DNA of 64,000 nucleotides from Xylographa opegraphella. Taxonomy: Eukaryota. The position numbers and the translations under genes are program-made. Where the stretch lies: assembly GCA_022813865.1 (NCBI GenBank), contig JALDZX010000015.1, positions 248,001 through 312,000 of the forward strand, given 5' to 3'. Within the stretch, counting starts at the first letter, position 1. Each line of letters starts with the position of its first letter. This document shows positions 44,232-55,928 of this stretch, piece by piece. Under the pieces are notes generated by a model. The model did not search any database, was not told the DNA's origin, and saw only the letters and a list, made by a program, of their open reading frames with translations.

Positions 44232-46522
44232 TCACCTCCCTTCGTAGTCGCTCGCCCAGTCCGTAGCACCGGATCCGGCCCACGCGTTGCCGTATCCAGT
44301 TCCAGGCCCACTGACGTATCCGCTGGCTTCATCATCATCGTAATACTCGCCTCCGCTGCTGGCATCGAAGCTGCCGCGGCCGCTCAACTCGCCCTCGTCG
44401 GCAGGGCCCGGAGCACCTAGTTGATCCCATTGAAGCCCTTGTAGCGCAGGATATTGAGCCAGTAGTGCTGCTGGTAATGTGAATCCGCCGCCGTTCATGT
44501 CCATGGTTTGTGGTGGCGGTTGCATGACGGCAGTGCCGGAACCCTGCATGCCTTGCTGCTGCATCATTTGCTCATCAAATAGTCGTTGGCGCTCCATCGC
44601 CTCCTCGTCGAGCAAGGGCTTGATGCAGACCCTTCCAGCTTCACTGCGGAAATGTCTGCCCAACGCATCTGCTCTGGCAAAGCGGCGACCACATCCCCAA
44701 ACACCGCCAGCCCCGAGCTCGCCGCGGCACACGAATTTCTTCTCGCCGCTGTGAAGACCCTCGTGCCGTTTCCTGTCATGTTGACGCGCGAATGCTTTGC
44801 CACAGACAGTGCAGACAAACGGCCTTTCATCGGTATGAGTTCTCAAGTGTGAACGGAGGTTATAGGCACGAGTGAAGCGTTTTGGACATAATGTACATTG
44901 GAAGGTCGCCGGATGTTTCTGAACTCGTTGTCTGTTGTCGCCCGAAGCAGACGGCCGAGACGGATCTGCGAGCTCGAGAATGTAATCGCGATTCGGGATT
45001 GAGGAAGTGGAGGAACGACGAGAAGACCTTGAGGCAGGAGAAGTATCTCTGGAATGATTGGCCGGGAAAGACGCATCGAGAGGCGAAAGAGATCGATGAC
45101 GTTGATTTAGATCCGGAGACATCAAGTTGGGAGAAGTTTCAGCGGATGACATCGGCCGAGACATCGGAGCAAAAGATGGATCGGATTTGGCGCGTATGCG
45201 ACCTCTTCGACCTGTCAAAGTTAGCCTGGATACTCGGTGTTGGCTTTTGAACAATATCTACCTTTGTCGGGTGGGCTGAGAGCATCAAGATCGTTCTCAG
45301 CACGAGCGAGCTCGTAGTTGGGTCTTGAAGGCGGCGCCAGCTCTACATTTATCTCTGGAGGCGCCATCTGGATTGCTTGTCCCATGTCACTTGTCTCATG
45401 TTTTAGTTGGTAATTTGTGAATGTAGGCCCTGGACCGCCTCCGTACTGACTACTTATATCATTCGATGGCAAAATGAATTGATTCTCCGGCTGAAGCCCC
45501 AAACCTTGATGAGGAGACATTCGAGGTGACACAAACGGACTGTGTCTTGGACTCATGCCCTGGAGCTGCTGCTGTTTCTGCTGCTGCTGCTGTTGTGCGT
45601 CGGAGAGACTAAATTGTTCGATACGAAGTGACTCTTGGTAGAGATTGCTATCTTGTTCAGGGTTGAGCAAGGGCGAGCGATTTGGATCGTACGCTTCGAA
45701 ATTCTCCTGTTGCGAAAGGAATGGAGACGGAGCCGCAGAGGAAACGGAATGCTCAGAAGGGGCTCTTCGATGTTGCTGAAACGACGTATTCCCCAGCATA
45801 CCAGTCCAGTCTGTTGAATGCTGGTTGTGCCCGTAGTTGGCGCTTACAGGATCTAGCGATGTATTGCGGGAGTGACCCGGCGTATAAAATTGACCTTGCT
45901 GCATAGCTGGAGACTGCCGGTGTTCCATCTTCATCGCATTGGGAGGAGTGGGCAGATGACCTTGCGGGGAATTCATGGTGCCCATAAGCTCTGCCGGGTT
46001 CACCGATTGATTTGGGCTTTGGTCAGACGATGAGAGAGAAGGATCAACCATGTACAGGCTGTCGAAAGAAGCGTCCTGTTTCCTATCGAGGATTGGGGGT
46101 CCAAATTGATCTGCAAAATTCCCCGACACGTCTGCAGGCGCGAAATTCTCGACGAATTGATGATTGGAGTCTTCGAGGTTCAAATGGGAGGGTCGTTGCT
46201 GCCCGTTGATTATGCTGTTACTCTGCTTGTATGATTGTTCCAGCTCTTGTCCTGGGTATTGATTGTTTGGCAAGATATGCTGCTGGAACTGGGTTGAACG
46301 GACGTTAGGGTTCAGGTATACACCATTGAAGTCGTATTGGTCGGCATTGGTGGTGGAAGGTATACCCGCATTGAAGGCGCTCGAGGAGAGGGTGGAAGGG
46401 TCTAGACCAAGACCCGGTACATGGTCGGAGTAGTGCGGTGATACTGACGGATGGTTTATATTAGTATTCTGCTGCCGGCCCACCGATGGCGACCTCCGCT
46501 GTGGTTGCTGCCCGTCCATCAT
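44232..46522 (-). CDS. crzA: Calcineurin-responsive C2H2 transcription factor CrzA/Crz1 (intron 45212-45261)
   Basis: QKHPATFQCTLCPKRFTRAYNLRSHLRTHTDERPFVCTVCGKAFARQHDRKRHEGLHSGEKKF..WGCGRRFARADALGRHFRSEAG; HRRAPSEHS; PxIxIT-like PEINVE. Confidence 0.95.
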
Positions 46523-47204
46523 GCAATGATAGCCAACGTTCTTTTCTTAGAACACGGAGCCTGGGAGCTTGGGCCACGCGTGAGCTCTGGGGAAGGCTAT
46601 ACACAAACCCTAAAGCGAAACCCAGGGACTCGAAGGGGACTGGTAGCGGGTGTTGCAGTAGTCGTCCTGGGTCGGCAGCGTGGGGGGCAGTGCCAAGGTT
46701 ATGTAAGGTAGCTGGGTCTGGTCGACGAGTAGGTAGAGAGCATGAGACCATGCGGCCAGTAAGGCAGACTGGAGGGCAACGATACGGATGCGGCACTCGG
46801 ACTGTGTCGCTCAGCAAGGCAATGCACAAGAACTGAAGAAATTCCCGGCAGCCAACGTTTGTAAAGCGATGGGCGACACCCCTGCGACTCGGTCAATTAG
46901 GCAGAGCTTCTGCTTGTTTCAAGGACCGCTGGGCGTGATTTGCCTGGATATCTTCCGGACACTGACGGGACGTGGACGTCGAAGGCGGATTGGATGTGGG
47001 AGAAGCGCTGTGCGCTGATAAGTGAGGCTATGATGGTAGAGTCGTCAGAGCAGCACCAGCATTGATGGAGACACGGTAGTGGGGCCTTTTTGGAACGATG
47101 ACTGTGGACTCCGTAATGGCGAGCTATGCCAGTCATGGACGACCAGGATCTGCACTCTGCCCTTGTCGTCGACGGGTTTCAAGGAGGATGCGAGATGTGG
47201 TCTA

Positions 47205-47217
47205 AGCCTCGAGGCTG
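47205..47217. promoter_or_regulatory. Palindromic CDRE-like site AGCCTCGAGGCTG upstream of crzA
   Basis: Two inverted copies of the Crz1 core GAGGCT; another GAGGCT at 47024. Confidence 0.35.
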
Positions 47218-47652
47218 CGCAGCGGGTTTCGAATGAGTTGATAAAGATGAGGTAGCTTAGGCTGGCTAGTCTGGGAGGTAAGCCGGTAAGTCGGCCGTCT
47301 GTTGTGCTGTTGTGGTTATCTTAGCGCCCAGGTGAGGTGCGCTTGGGTCGTGATTCGCCGTGATGCAGTTCAGGCCGCCCAAGTGGGCTGGTGTCGATCG
47401 AAGGCTTCCAGAATGTAGAGGGAGGTTCCTTCTGATTTGCAAGGAGTCGCTCCATCGGTGCTGCTTGCTCCCGCCGATAGGGAAACGTGGTGGTGATCCA
47501 AGATTAGAGCAGCGTACCTAGTTAGTACCTTGCAGTGCCACACGCCTGTCGGCCTCTCTCCCAGGACGAACCCGGTCAGCTAGGACTATTGAGATAGTCT
47601 ACTCTAGATACTACAATTATTGTTGCTACTGTGAAGTCCTGAACGACAGTCG

Positions 47653-47974
47653 ATGGCCTACAATGCAGCCCTCACGGTCCTTACACTCGCCATGGCTGTG
47701 TCTGCACAACTACCTGCTACAGTTATGTATGAGCGCACATACGTCGGGCTGACTCAAATGTGTGCACAGCCGAGCAGGCAGAACAGGATCGGGTTGCATC
47801 ATTGGTGAATTCACGGTGAATTTTGCCAGCGACATTACTATTACCGTCTATCCTGTCCCGTGGGAACAGGACACGAGTCTCACGGGAGGTGAATTTATCA
47901 GTATAACCAAGGTCGTCACGGTCGAGCAAAACCCGAGTCCTGCAGGGTACTCAACAGCATCATCCCATCCTTGA
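47653..47974 (+). CDS. Putative small secreted protein (~92 aa; intron 47727-47769)
   Basis: MAYNAALTVLTLAMAVSA signal peptide; intron GTATGA..GCTGAC..CAG joins in frame to RAGRTGSGCIIGEFTVNFASDITITVYPVPWEQD... Confidence 0.55.
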
Positions 47975-48097
47975 TCCTAAATATGGTCGAAACTGCATGA
48001 AGCCTAACACCCGTGACATGCACCGCTGGACATTTGCACCCGCCCATCGCTAATCGTTGCATGAGACGTATCCAACAGAGTCATTCACGCAGTACCC

Positions 48098-51000
48098 TTA
48101 TCCTCTGTCCCGTGACTCGTCTTCGCCCTCCGCCTGTTTCCCTGACGTATCTTTGCCCTCCGCCTGTTTACCGCGGGTGCGGAGGTCGAGGTTCTCATTG
48201 CTCGAAGCCCGCTCCAGGCTCAGAATACTCGCCCCGTCTCCATCGGGACCGGCATTGACCACCCTCAACCTCTCTTTCGGCACCGTGAACATCACCTGAA
48301 CCACTCTCCTCTCGACCGCTGACTCGACGTCCCATTCTTCCTCCTCCTCGTCCGGCCGTTCGTCTGATGCGCCTCCCGTCGCATCCGTTCCCCTCCCGCT
48401 GCCTTCGACATCCCAATCCCGAGCACCCTGTCTTTTGCGCCACAACATAGCCCCTGCACTGGCCGCTCGTTGAGGAACGTCCACCTCGGCATGATGCTGC
48501 TTGGTTGGCGACGACATTGTACTGCGCTCACCGGTATCCGGGGAAGCAGATGCACTGCGACGGCCGCCAGTAATGGCTCGGCGCATGCTGCCCATCCAGC
48601 CCTTCGTCCGGCTGTGGCTTCTGCTGGGTGAGGCTCCATCGTGCATATATTGACTGCCAAGAAGTGTCTCACCTTCGGCTTGGAGTTGAGCGAAGGATGT
48701 AGATGCGGTGACAAACGTCTCTGCCGTGTTAGGTCGTGTCCGCGCGGTATCAAGTGTCAACGATCGTGCAGGTTGATGATTGATCAATTGTTCCCGGACC
48801 GAGGCGTGCCTCTCCAGATTCTCCGACATTGGGGACGGCATAGTTGCATTGTTACTGGAGGAGAAAGGATTGGAACTGAAGAGTCCCCCTGAACGCTGCG
48901 AAAGACTCCGTCCGATTGACAGTACGGACTGCTGGACGGAGAGTGCAGATACCGTCGATCGAACAGAACGATCACTAAGTGTAGATGATGTTCGGTCTGT
49001 TTTGTCGGGGGAAAGCCGACCAGCTTGTTGATGCATTATGGTCCAGTCATTGGCCCAGCCCTGGGACTCCCGCTCTCGCTCCCGTGCAGGAGATTCTGGA
49101 GAAGGCGTTCGTGATATGCCTGCTGCATGGCTTCCCAGTGGGTCTTGGAACGGATCAAGTTGTGGCGCCGTATCAAAAATACCGGATCTGGGGCGCTGTG
49201 TCACCTCCTGCACAATTGATTGACTTTGTCCGGCATGATCTCCTTCATATTCGTCCCTTTCATCGATTGGATGAATGTGTCCTGAGCCACGACTTCGGCG
49301 GCCGTCATCATGCCATGGCGCTGGCTGATAAGCACCCCTCGAATGCAGTGACCGGCGCAAACCTCTGGTCGGGCTTGGAATTTCCACAAACAAACCTGTC
49401 CTCTCAGCTTCGGGACTACGACCACCTCTCCGGCCGACGCCATCGGGGATAAATGCAGCGCCCCTAGGGTTTGTAGCATCAGGATATAGGTCACCAGTAT
49501 TTTGGTTACTGTTTGACATCCATGTGGCGGCCGAATGATTTCCTCCTCTCCCATCAAACCCACCCAAGCCCAAGGCGGAAGAATGGAATCTCTGTGCACC
49601 CAGAGCTAATTCGCGTAGGTCTCGCTCACGTGCGGCCCTTCGGCTGTTTTTCCGACGAGCATAGAAAAAAATTACTAGCAAGAGGGTGATTATCAAGGCA
49701 AGTCCAACACCCAGTCCAACACCAAGACCTATTTTTCTGCCTGTTGCGGAACTGCCAGAACTGGGTTCCCCTGTCAAAGGGGATGTCGGCTGATTTTCCG
49801 GATTCGTATAGGTCGATATCCAAGTGCTTGAGCTCACATTGAAAAGATATGTCGCAGTGTTTAAGCGTGAATCCGTTCTTCTTGAAGGGCTTGGGTTATC
49901 GGTCGAAATAGTATAACCACCAGTGATCATCATGACACCCCCTGGGAGCATAGTCGCGCCGTGGCCGTATAGCCCTCCACCGTCAATTATACTTGTGCCA
50001 ATCGGATCAGGAATGGCCCATTGCCAGTCTCCATTGCCACCATATCCTTCGCCTAGCTCAAGGATTGCCAGTTGTGGGTTTGCGGGTGTATTAACGTCCC
50101 CTACCCATCCACCAAAACAGATTATTCGTTGACCATCTGGTGTCAAAACTGCGGTATGTCCCGATCTCGGCTCGACGTTGTACGTGCTTCGTGCAGTAAG
50201 ATCGGTTTTCGCTGGAGGAGAAGGGCAGTCTACTGGTAGAAAAGACCAGCTTTGTTGGGGCAACGAAAAGAGAGCCACCTGCGAGAGGTTGACAAACGCT
50301 TCCTGTGTGTGACCGCCAAGTAATACAAAGTTCTGTTGTTGGGTCGTATCTCCATCTGAAGTGTTGAAGAAGGTTGGCGCAAGAGGAGTCACTGTGAACC
50401 CGGCTTCGGCAATCGGCGGACCTGAACTTGATACGGCACCGACAGTAATCGGACATGAACCAGCGGGAGAGGGTGAGATCGACTGGAACTCGAGTAATGT
50501 CCCCGAATATTTCGCTGATGCTTGCCAATCCTCCGTGTTTAAGGTTGTAGAGTTCGGACACATACCCCCAAAGACATACATGTCCGGATTACCATTGATT
50601 GCAGTGGAGAACATCAAGCCTGCTGCAAGGTAATTTGCTCCAGTTCCTTCGGAATTCATTATTGCATTGGTCGAGAGATTCCGATTATGCCATGTACCGT
50701 TGAGCCTTCCTGTGTCTGGCACGAACGTCCACAAAGTTGCTCCTTCCGCACCCTCCGCACATTGACCTGTGTACACATTTATGTTCCCTTGATCGTCTGA
50801 GAGTGGAGTAAAGGATATTGTCTTGCCGTCAACAGCGAACGGTAGTCGCGCAGGAATAGGCACAGTTGGCAAAGTTGTCGAGGGGAACGTGCCACTAGTA
50901 TTCAAAGCTAGAAAGGTAGGATTGAGGCTATTGCTATCAGTCTGCCGCAGTATGTAGACGATACTACTGTTTTGTCGATTGGACGAAAGTATGGTTGTCG

Positions 51001-51103
51001 GATTATATGGCAGCTGAGCCATTACGCATGGTAGGAATACAAACAGGCTAGCAAGTAAGCCAGAAGTGGAACACTGCTTCTCCAGGAGACGTAGAGTGGG
51101 CAT
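48098..51103 (-). CDS. Kelch-repeat/galactose-oxidase-propeller type I membrane protein
   Basis: Signal peptide then QLPYNPT; kelch motifs MYVFGGMC, FVLLGGHT, PRSGHTAVL, IICFGGWVG, LYGHGATMLPGGVMMITGGY; TM IGLGVGLGVGLALII..; tail WDVESAVERRVVQVMFTVPKERLRVVN. Confidence 0.88.
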   Translation of the reverse strand: MPTLRLLEKQCSTSGLLASLFVFLPCVMAQLPYNPTTILSSNRQNSSIVYILRQTDSNSLNPTFLALNTSGTFPSTTLPTVPIPARLPFAVDGKTISFTPLSDDQGNINVYTGQCAEGAEGATLWTFVPDTGRLNGTWHNRNLSTNAIMNSEGTGANYLAAGLMFSTAINGNPDMYVFGGMCPNSTTLNTEDWQASAKYSGTLLEFQSISPSPAGSCPITVGAVSSSGPPIAEAGFTVTPLAPTFFNTSDGDTTQQQNFVLLGGHTQEAFVNLSQVALFSLPQQSWSFLPVDCPSPPAKTDLTARSTYNVEPRSGHTAVLTPDGQRIICFGGWVGDVNTPANPQLAILELGEGYGGNGDWQWAIPDPIGTSIIDGGGLYGHGATMLPGGVMMITGGYTISTDNPSPSRRTDSRLNTATYLFNVSSSTWISTYTNPENQPTSPLTGEPSSGSSATGRKIGLGVGLGVGLALIITLLLVIFFYARRKNSRRAARERDLRELALGAQRFHSSALGLGGFDGRGGNHSAATWMSNSNQNTGDLYPDATNPRGAAFIPDGVGRRGGRSPEAERTGLFVEIPSPTRGLRRSLHSRGAYQPAPWHDDGRRSRGSGHIHPIDERDEYEGDHAGQSQSIVQEVTQRPRSGIFDTAPQLDPFQDPLGSHAAGISRTPSPESPARERERESQGWANDWTIMHQQAGRLSPDKTDRTSSTLSDRSVRSTVSALSVQQSVLSIGRSLSQRSGGLFSSNPFSSSNNATMPSPMSENLERHASVREQLINHQPARSLTLDTARTRPNTAETFVTASTSFAQLQAEGETLLGSQYMHDGASPSRSHSRTKGWMGSMRRAITGGRRSASASPDTGERSTMSSPTKQHHAEVDVPQRAASAGAMLWRKRQGARDWDVEGSGRGTDATGGASDERPDEEEEEWDVESAVERRVVQVMFTVPKERLRVVNAGPDGDGASILSLERASSNENLDLRTRGKQAEGKDTSGKQAEGEDESRDRG

Positions 51104-52033
51104 TGAGCGCACCAGAGGATCTCTCTATGAGGGTTTGAAGACTGATATGTGGCGATGCATGGTGCTCGTGTGTCGAATTCGGAAACAAAGACTGATGCTT
51201 TTCAATGAACAGGGTCAGTTGTGACACTGAAGGCGGACAGAATCCTATAAGTCATGACCGTCAGAAGGTACAGTTTTGTACTCCGTAAGGTGGTAGGCTA
51301 CAGCAGATATCGTGCAATTGAGGGGTAGCCGGAGGGGAGGCTGGACAAGAAGGTCACGGAGTGGCCGGATTGTAAACACAATCGAGCTGCATATCAGCCG
51401 GGAACTAGCAGCTGGCCTCGAAGGCAGAGCCATGGATGAGAAATGCACCAATGAAGAGTGGGGGTGCTACTTCGCAAGCCCGAGAGTTGACGCGGCCTGG
51501 CTTGGTGTGTTGTAACGAACTGGATGGGGAATATCGCGTGGTAATTGCGTTGGCCGAGTAACGAAGGGCTGGAGATGCTCGCTTCTTCTACCGAATAGGG
51601 AAGTGTTCTGGAAGATGCACGTATAAGGCGTACCTCTCTGACCCTCTATCGCTCGTAGCTACGTAACTTGCGTATCCAGGCAATGAAGTGAACATGAGAA
51701 TGGGCAGACTTGAATCAGAATGTAATTATCGAGGCCAGTTCGACTTTACTGAAATCAAAATGTATTTGCGCATGAGCAAGTTCGATGCTTCTTGTATCAT
51801 GTATGCAAGACATACGTGCGTCTGTCGGCCATGAATGTCGTGCATGCATCCGGTGCCGATATACGCTCGGTAAAAGCTTCTAGATATCCCTGCCCACAGC
51901 TGAGGTACTTATGCCGTTTGAGATTACACACACGCGATCATCTCATTCGTGCTGACATATTAACTTTACTGCGAAGGTGTACACTCTGTCTCAATCGGCT
52001 GAGCAATTCGTTCCTTTAGCGCCGAGGTGATCC

Positions 52034-52040
52034 TATATAA
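52034..52040 (+). promoter_or_regulatory. TATA box of ATX1
   Basis: TATATAA ~145 bp upstream of ATG. Confidence 0.5.
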
Positions 52041-52182
52041 TTCCTTCTCCGCCCCACTTCCGCCATATCTCTACTCTGCCAGATAAAGAAAACGCCCCAA
52101 GCGGAACAAGACAAAATTCCCTCACAAAACCCTCAGGAGTACTTCCGAAGCTCAGTCATACAGCAAAGATCCATCCCACGCC

Positions 52183-52484
52183 ATGGCAGAGAACCACTAC
52201 AAGTTTAATGTCACCATGACCTGCGGCGGCTGCTCTGGTGCTGTGGAGCGCGTTCTGAAAAAGCTGGAAGGTTAGAATCCTCCACTCCTCACCTTGGACC
52301 TTGTTAGCTTTGAGACTTATCTCACTCTCCAGGCGTTAAATCGTACAACGTCAGCCTCGAATCCCAAACCGCCGAAATCACTGCCGAGACGAGCTTAGAA
52401 TACGATACTGTGCTAGGAAAGATCAAGAAGACCGGTAAAAAGGTCAACTCTGGCGAAAAGGACGGCGAGACGATGGCTGTCTAG
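52183..52484 (+). CDS. ATX1: Copper chaperone Atx1 (HMA domain; one intron; absent from the ORF track)
   Basis: MAENHYKFNVTMTCGGCSGAVERVLKKLE|GVKSYNVSLESQTAEITAETSLEYDTVLGKIKKTGKKVNSGEKDGETMAV*; MxCxxC and KTGK motifs. Confidence 0.96.
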
Positions 52485-53354
52485 AAGTCTCGGCAATGTC
52501 AACAGCGGGATGAGCGTATTATGAACGCATGGATTGCATGGAGATTATATGAAGGATTGGAGTTATATGGTTATATCGTATCATCGAGGCGTCGATGTGA
52601 TGTTCCTACAACTCATCAATTATCATGTTTCACCTGTGCTGATACGCCTTGAATTACTCAAATTCATGATTGAAGATGGACTCCTGATGTTGCCGACCAT
52701 ATCCTCGAGACAAATTTGCCTTGCCAGCTTCCTAATTCTCGACGAGCACAGTTGACTTATCGTCGTGGGCGTTGCATCGCGTCCCAAACTCGTTACTTGT
52801 GGAAGGTTTGAGCAATTTCCAATACCAGTGTTTGCTATTCATTGGCTTGCGCTCATCTGAAATGGAAACATAGACGATACGCCATGTAGAATTTCGCATA
52901 CGAGCTCTCACGAATCCTATACATCATTCTATCTTCATGGTTGACCAGCCCCACTTATTCGAGCATCGTAAGTTGGTGTTCGTTTTCTTTAAAGCCGCGC
53001 TCCGTTGGTCGAACTTGGAGACACAGATCTCCAGATACCTCAATAGTTACATGAGAATCTTTCGAAGCATAACATAATACCTTGCCCATTGACATCGCCG
53101 TCTGCCAGACTTTCTTCCCCCATAATTAGGCCATCCATCTCTTGGTTTTGCGAGCTGGTACGTTGACGAACTCTATTATGTTCAAGCATTACATAAGGAG
53201 CTGTTGATACCAGCATTGGCTAAATGGAGAATCGCGGCTTAGATGATTTCTGATGTTAGCGCTGTCTTGAAGCCCGGATTGGACGCTTTGACATGATCGG
53301 CAGATCTTGGGGTTGCTACTAGTGGGTATAATGATATATTCACATACAACTGTC

Positions 53355-54152
53355 TCAGTACACAGCCGCGCCCCCTGCTTCCCCTTCGTTCCATTTGACC
53401 TTGACCTCCACTTCCTCTTCGCCAATCCCCCTTTTGATCGCCTCTTCCAGCATAGCTACAGTAGCTGTCGCACCGATCCTTGTCACGCCCAGAGCCTTCA
53501 CTTTAATCAAATCGTCCAAGCTTCGTACACCACCAGCGGCCTTTATCTGTATTTTGTCTCCACAATGTTCTCTCATCAATCTCAATTGAGGAAACGTAGC
53601 CCCTTTGTAGCTGTACATGCCGCTCGCGGAATCTTTCACGAATCCATAGCCGGTGCTCGTCTTGACGAAAGCAACTTCCAAGTCCGTGCATATCTTACAG
53701 AGATTGATAATCTCGTTGTCACCGAGGTAGTCGTTTTCGAAGATCACCTTGAGTATTGCCCCTCCTTGCCTGACGACAAAGTCCACGCCAGCGATTTCGG
53801 TCCTCACATATTCGTAGTCTCCACCAAGAACTTTACCAACGTTCACCACCATGTCTATCTCGTGAGCTCCCTCGGCAACAGCTTCTTGTGCTTCGATCAC
53901 TTTTATCTTGGTGGCGCTATTGCCGTGAGGAAAGCCGATGACAGCACAGATTTTGACCGTGGATCCATCAAGGACTTTCTTCGCTTGTGCTATCGAGTAT
54001 GGCTTTATACACGCTGTGGCGACATTGTACCTTAGTGATAGTTGGAGGCCTGCTTCAACCTCTGCATCTGTCATGGTCGGATGTAGTAGGGAATGATCGA
54101 TCATTTTTGCAAGAAGGGGAATGGAAACCGTAGTTGTTGAAGGAGCAGCCAT
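53355..54152 (-). CDS. DERA: Deoxyribose-phosphate aldolase
   Basis: IDHSLLHP, VIGFPHG, GAHEIDMVVN, LKVIFE, FVKTSTG (Schiff-base Lys), IKAAGGVR, RIGAT. Confidence 0.95.
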   Translation of the reverse strand: MAAPSTTTVSIPLLAKMIDHSLLHPTMTDAEVEAGLQLSLRYNVATACIKPYSIAQAKKVLDGSTVKICAVIGFPHGNSATKIKVIEAQEAVAEGAHEIDMVVNVGKVLGGDYEYVRTEIAGVDFVVRQGGAILKVIFENDYLGDNEIINLCKICTDLEVAFVKTSTGYGFVKDSASGMYSYKGATFPQLRLMREHCGDKIQIKAAGGVRSLDDLIKVKALGVTRIGATATVAMLEEAIKRGIGEEEVEVKVKWNEGEAGGAAVY

Positions 54153-55395
54153 CTTTGCAGGTAATGAAGAAAGCGACACAAACTATTTTCAAGTGAGCAT
54201 AAGATCACTAAGCAGTGCAACAGAAATTAATGGCAGCTCATGGGCTTCTTGATCAGAAATTATTTATCTGGTGGGTAAAGGACGGAGTCCGGTAAAATAC
54301 CCATCGAAAGACCCACAAGCAGAACCCGATGGCGGTTCCGCCCGGTATATGCCCGATGGATCTTTCAAAGGATCGAAAATAAGGGAATTCAACTGAATAA
54401 AGTTCTCAGGAGTCAGGATGGAAGACTCGAATATAAACAATCCACCTAGCAGTAATAATGTGCCACGGTAATGGGGAAGCGTCGATGGAAGATCCTTGTA
54501 TGCTCGAGTAGGACTATCGGGAGGCACCCGTATCAGCCTTACTGGTGGCTACGTGCTGTAATTCCACAACACCAACACTCGACTAGTCACCTGTTGAACC
54601 AGCTCCTTGAGGCACAAGACCGGAGCAATGTTTCCCGTTGAGTATAGCAGTCAAACTATACTTGAGTTTCTAAGAATCTAATACTTGATATTCAACACAC
54701 TTTGTGTTTTGGCTTTTTTGGCCCTAGAATCATTGAAGTCCGATTGATGGTTATCAAAACACTGGCCACACTTACGTACTTCTTCTCAGAATGTATCTTT
54801 GATACCACTTCCGGAATGCCTGACCTGATTAGTAGCAGCATGAGTATTGTTAACGAAGTCCCCTATCCCGTACCGTACAAAATGACTGAGGAATCTATAA
54901 ACCACGTGTGCCAAATTCGAGAACTGAGCGTGCTTTGAGTGATACACAAGTCATACCAGCGTTCGAGAGCTTTCCAGCGCATGTAACACTTAACACCCTT
55001 CAATTTCCGGACGTAGACTCTTCCAAGATCGATACCGTATTCAAGAAACCACAGCTATTGCAATTGTAGCTGGCCTGACAGGGCAACACTAATAGAACCA
55101 CAGCATCGCTTTCCAAGAGCTCTATATACCCATGTAGGACGTCGTAGTACAAGTAGTCATTGCTGAAACCTGTGACCATTGCGACGTCCGTTCTGAACCA
55201 GCGCTCGAATGGCCTTTGAGTAACATCGTACCAGCGACCGCATACCAGAACTCCAACCCCATACAGTACTATAATCGTGTCTATGCATAACCAGACTTAG
55301 AAAGAAATTTCTGATGCGACTAAGTCGAACTCCAACTATAGCAAACTCCAAAAAGAAAGGACCCAAGAGCCGATTGGAATAGAAGTGCAAAAGGC

Positions 55396-55623
55396 AAAAA
55401 ACTTCGAGCAGCAGTCAGTGATTGACATCCCGACCAATCACCATGAAAAGGCCCTACATGTTTCGTATTGGAGCAGCCTGTGTTGCTGCCTCACTGGGAT
55501 GAGCTGTGGGCATATGCAGTGGCATTAATATCCTCCAGGTTCCTACACCCGGATTTGAACTCGGTGCAGGATAGGTGAGACGAGTTGCGGCAAAGCCATT
55601 TACCAACCCACACCAAGGTGCTC
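55396..55623 (-). ncRNA. Candidate Pol III unit: degenerate tRNA-like head plus structured tail (SINE relic, tRNA pseudogene or ncRNA)
   Basis: A-box-like TGGTGTGGGTTGG (55603-55615), B-box GAGTTCAAATCC (55551-55562), downstream hairpins, T6 at 55396-55401; no clean anticodon arm. Confidence 0.4.
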
Positions 55624-55928
55624 ATACGAGTGCACCACCCATTATGAGAGAATAACGACTTATGAGAATATATAAGCTTATTTCATGCATAGGCTGCAGC
55701 ATTACAATCAATGCTTTAAACATCATTTCTCGTGTCATGATATGCGTACGTTCAACTATTCGTCGCATAGGAGTCTTGTATTTGTGCTGCATGATAGATA
55801 TGCCACCAAGAAATTGTTCATCCCTTTCCCGAAGTACTTTGATATCATGGCGGCAATTACACGCGCGCTTATTTCAAGCACCTCTCACGGTTTACTTTCT
55901 ATTCTGGATTTAATGGTAGGTGATTTTA

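Noticed and set aside
43870..44283. ORFs spanning the poly-C/N tract
   Set aside because: Lie in the probable crzA 3' UTR and include an ambiguous base
48118..48176. 30-bp imperfect repeat (GKQAEG twice) at the kelch protein C-terminus
   Set aside because: Ordinary slippage in a disordered tail
53355..54152. Intronless DERA as a recent bacterial acquisition
   Set aside because: This DERA type is widespread in filamentous fungi and its composition matches neighbouring genes
55385..55404. TTGCCTTTTGC resembling U5 snRNA loop I
   Set aside because: Lacks the invariant GCCUUUUAC and the U5 stem context
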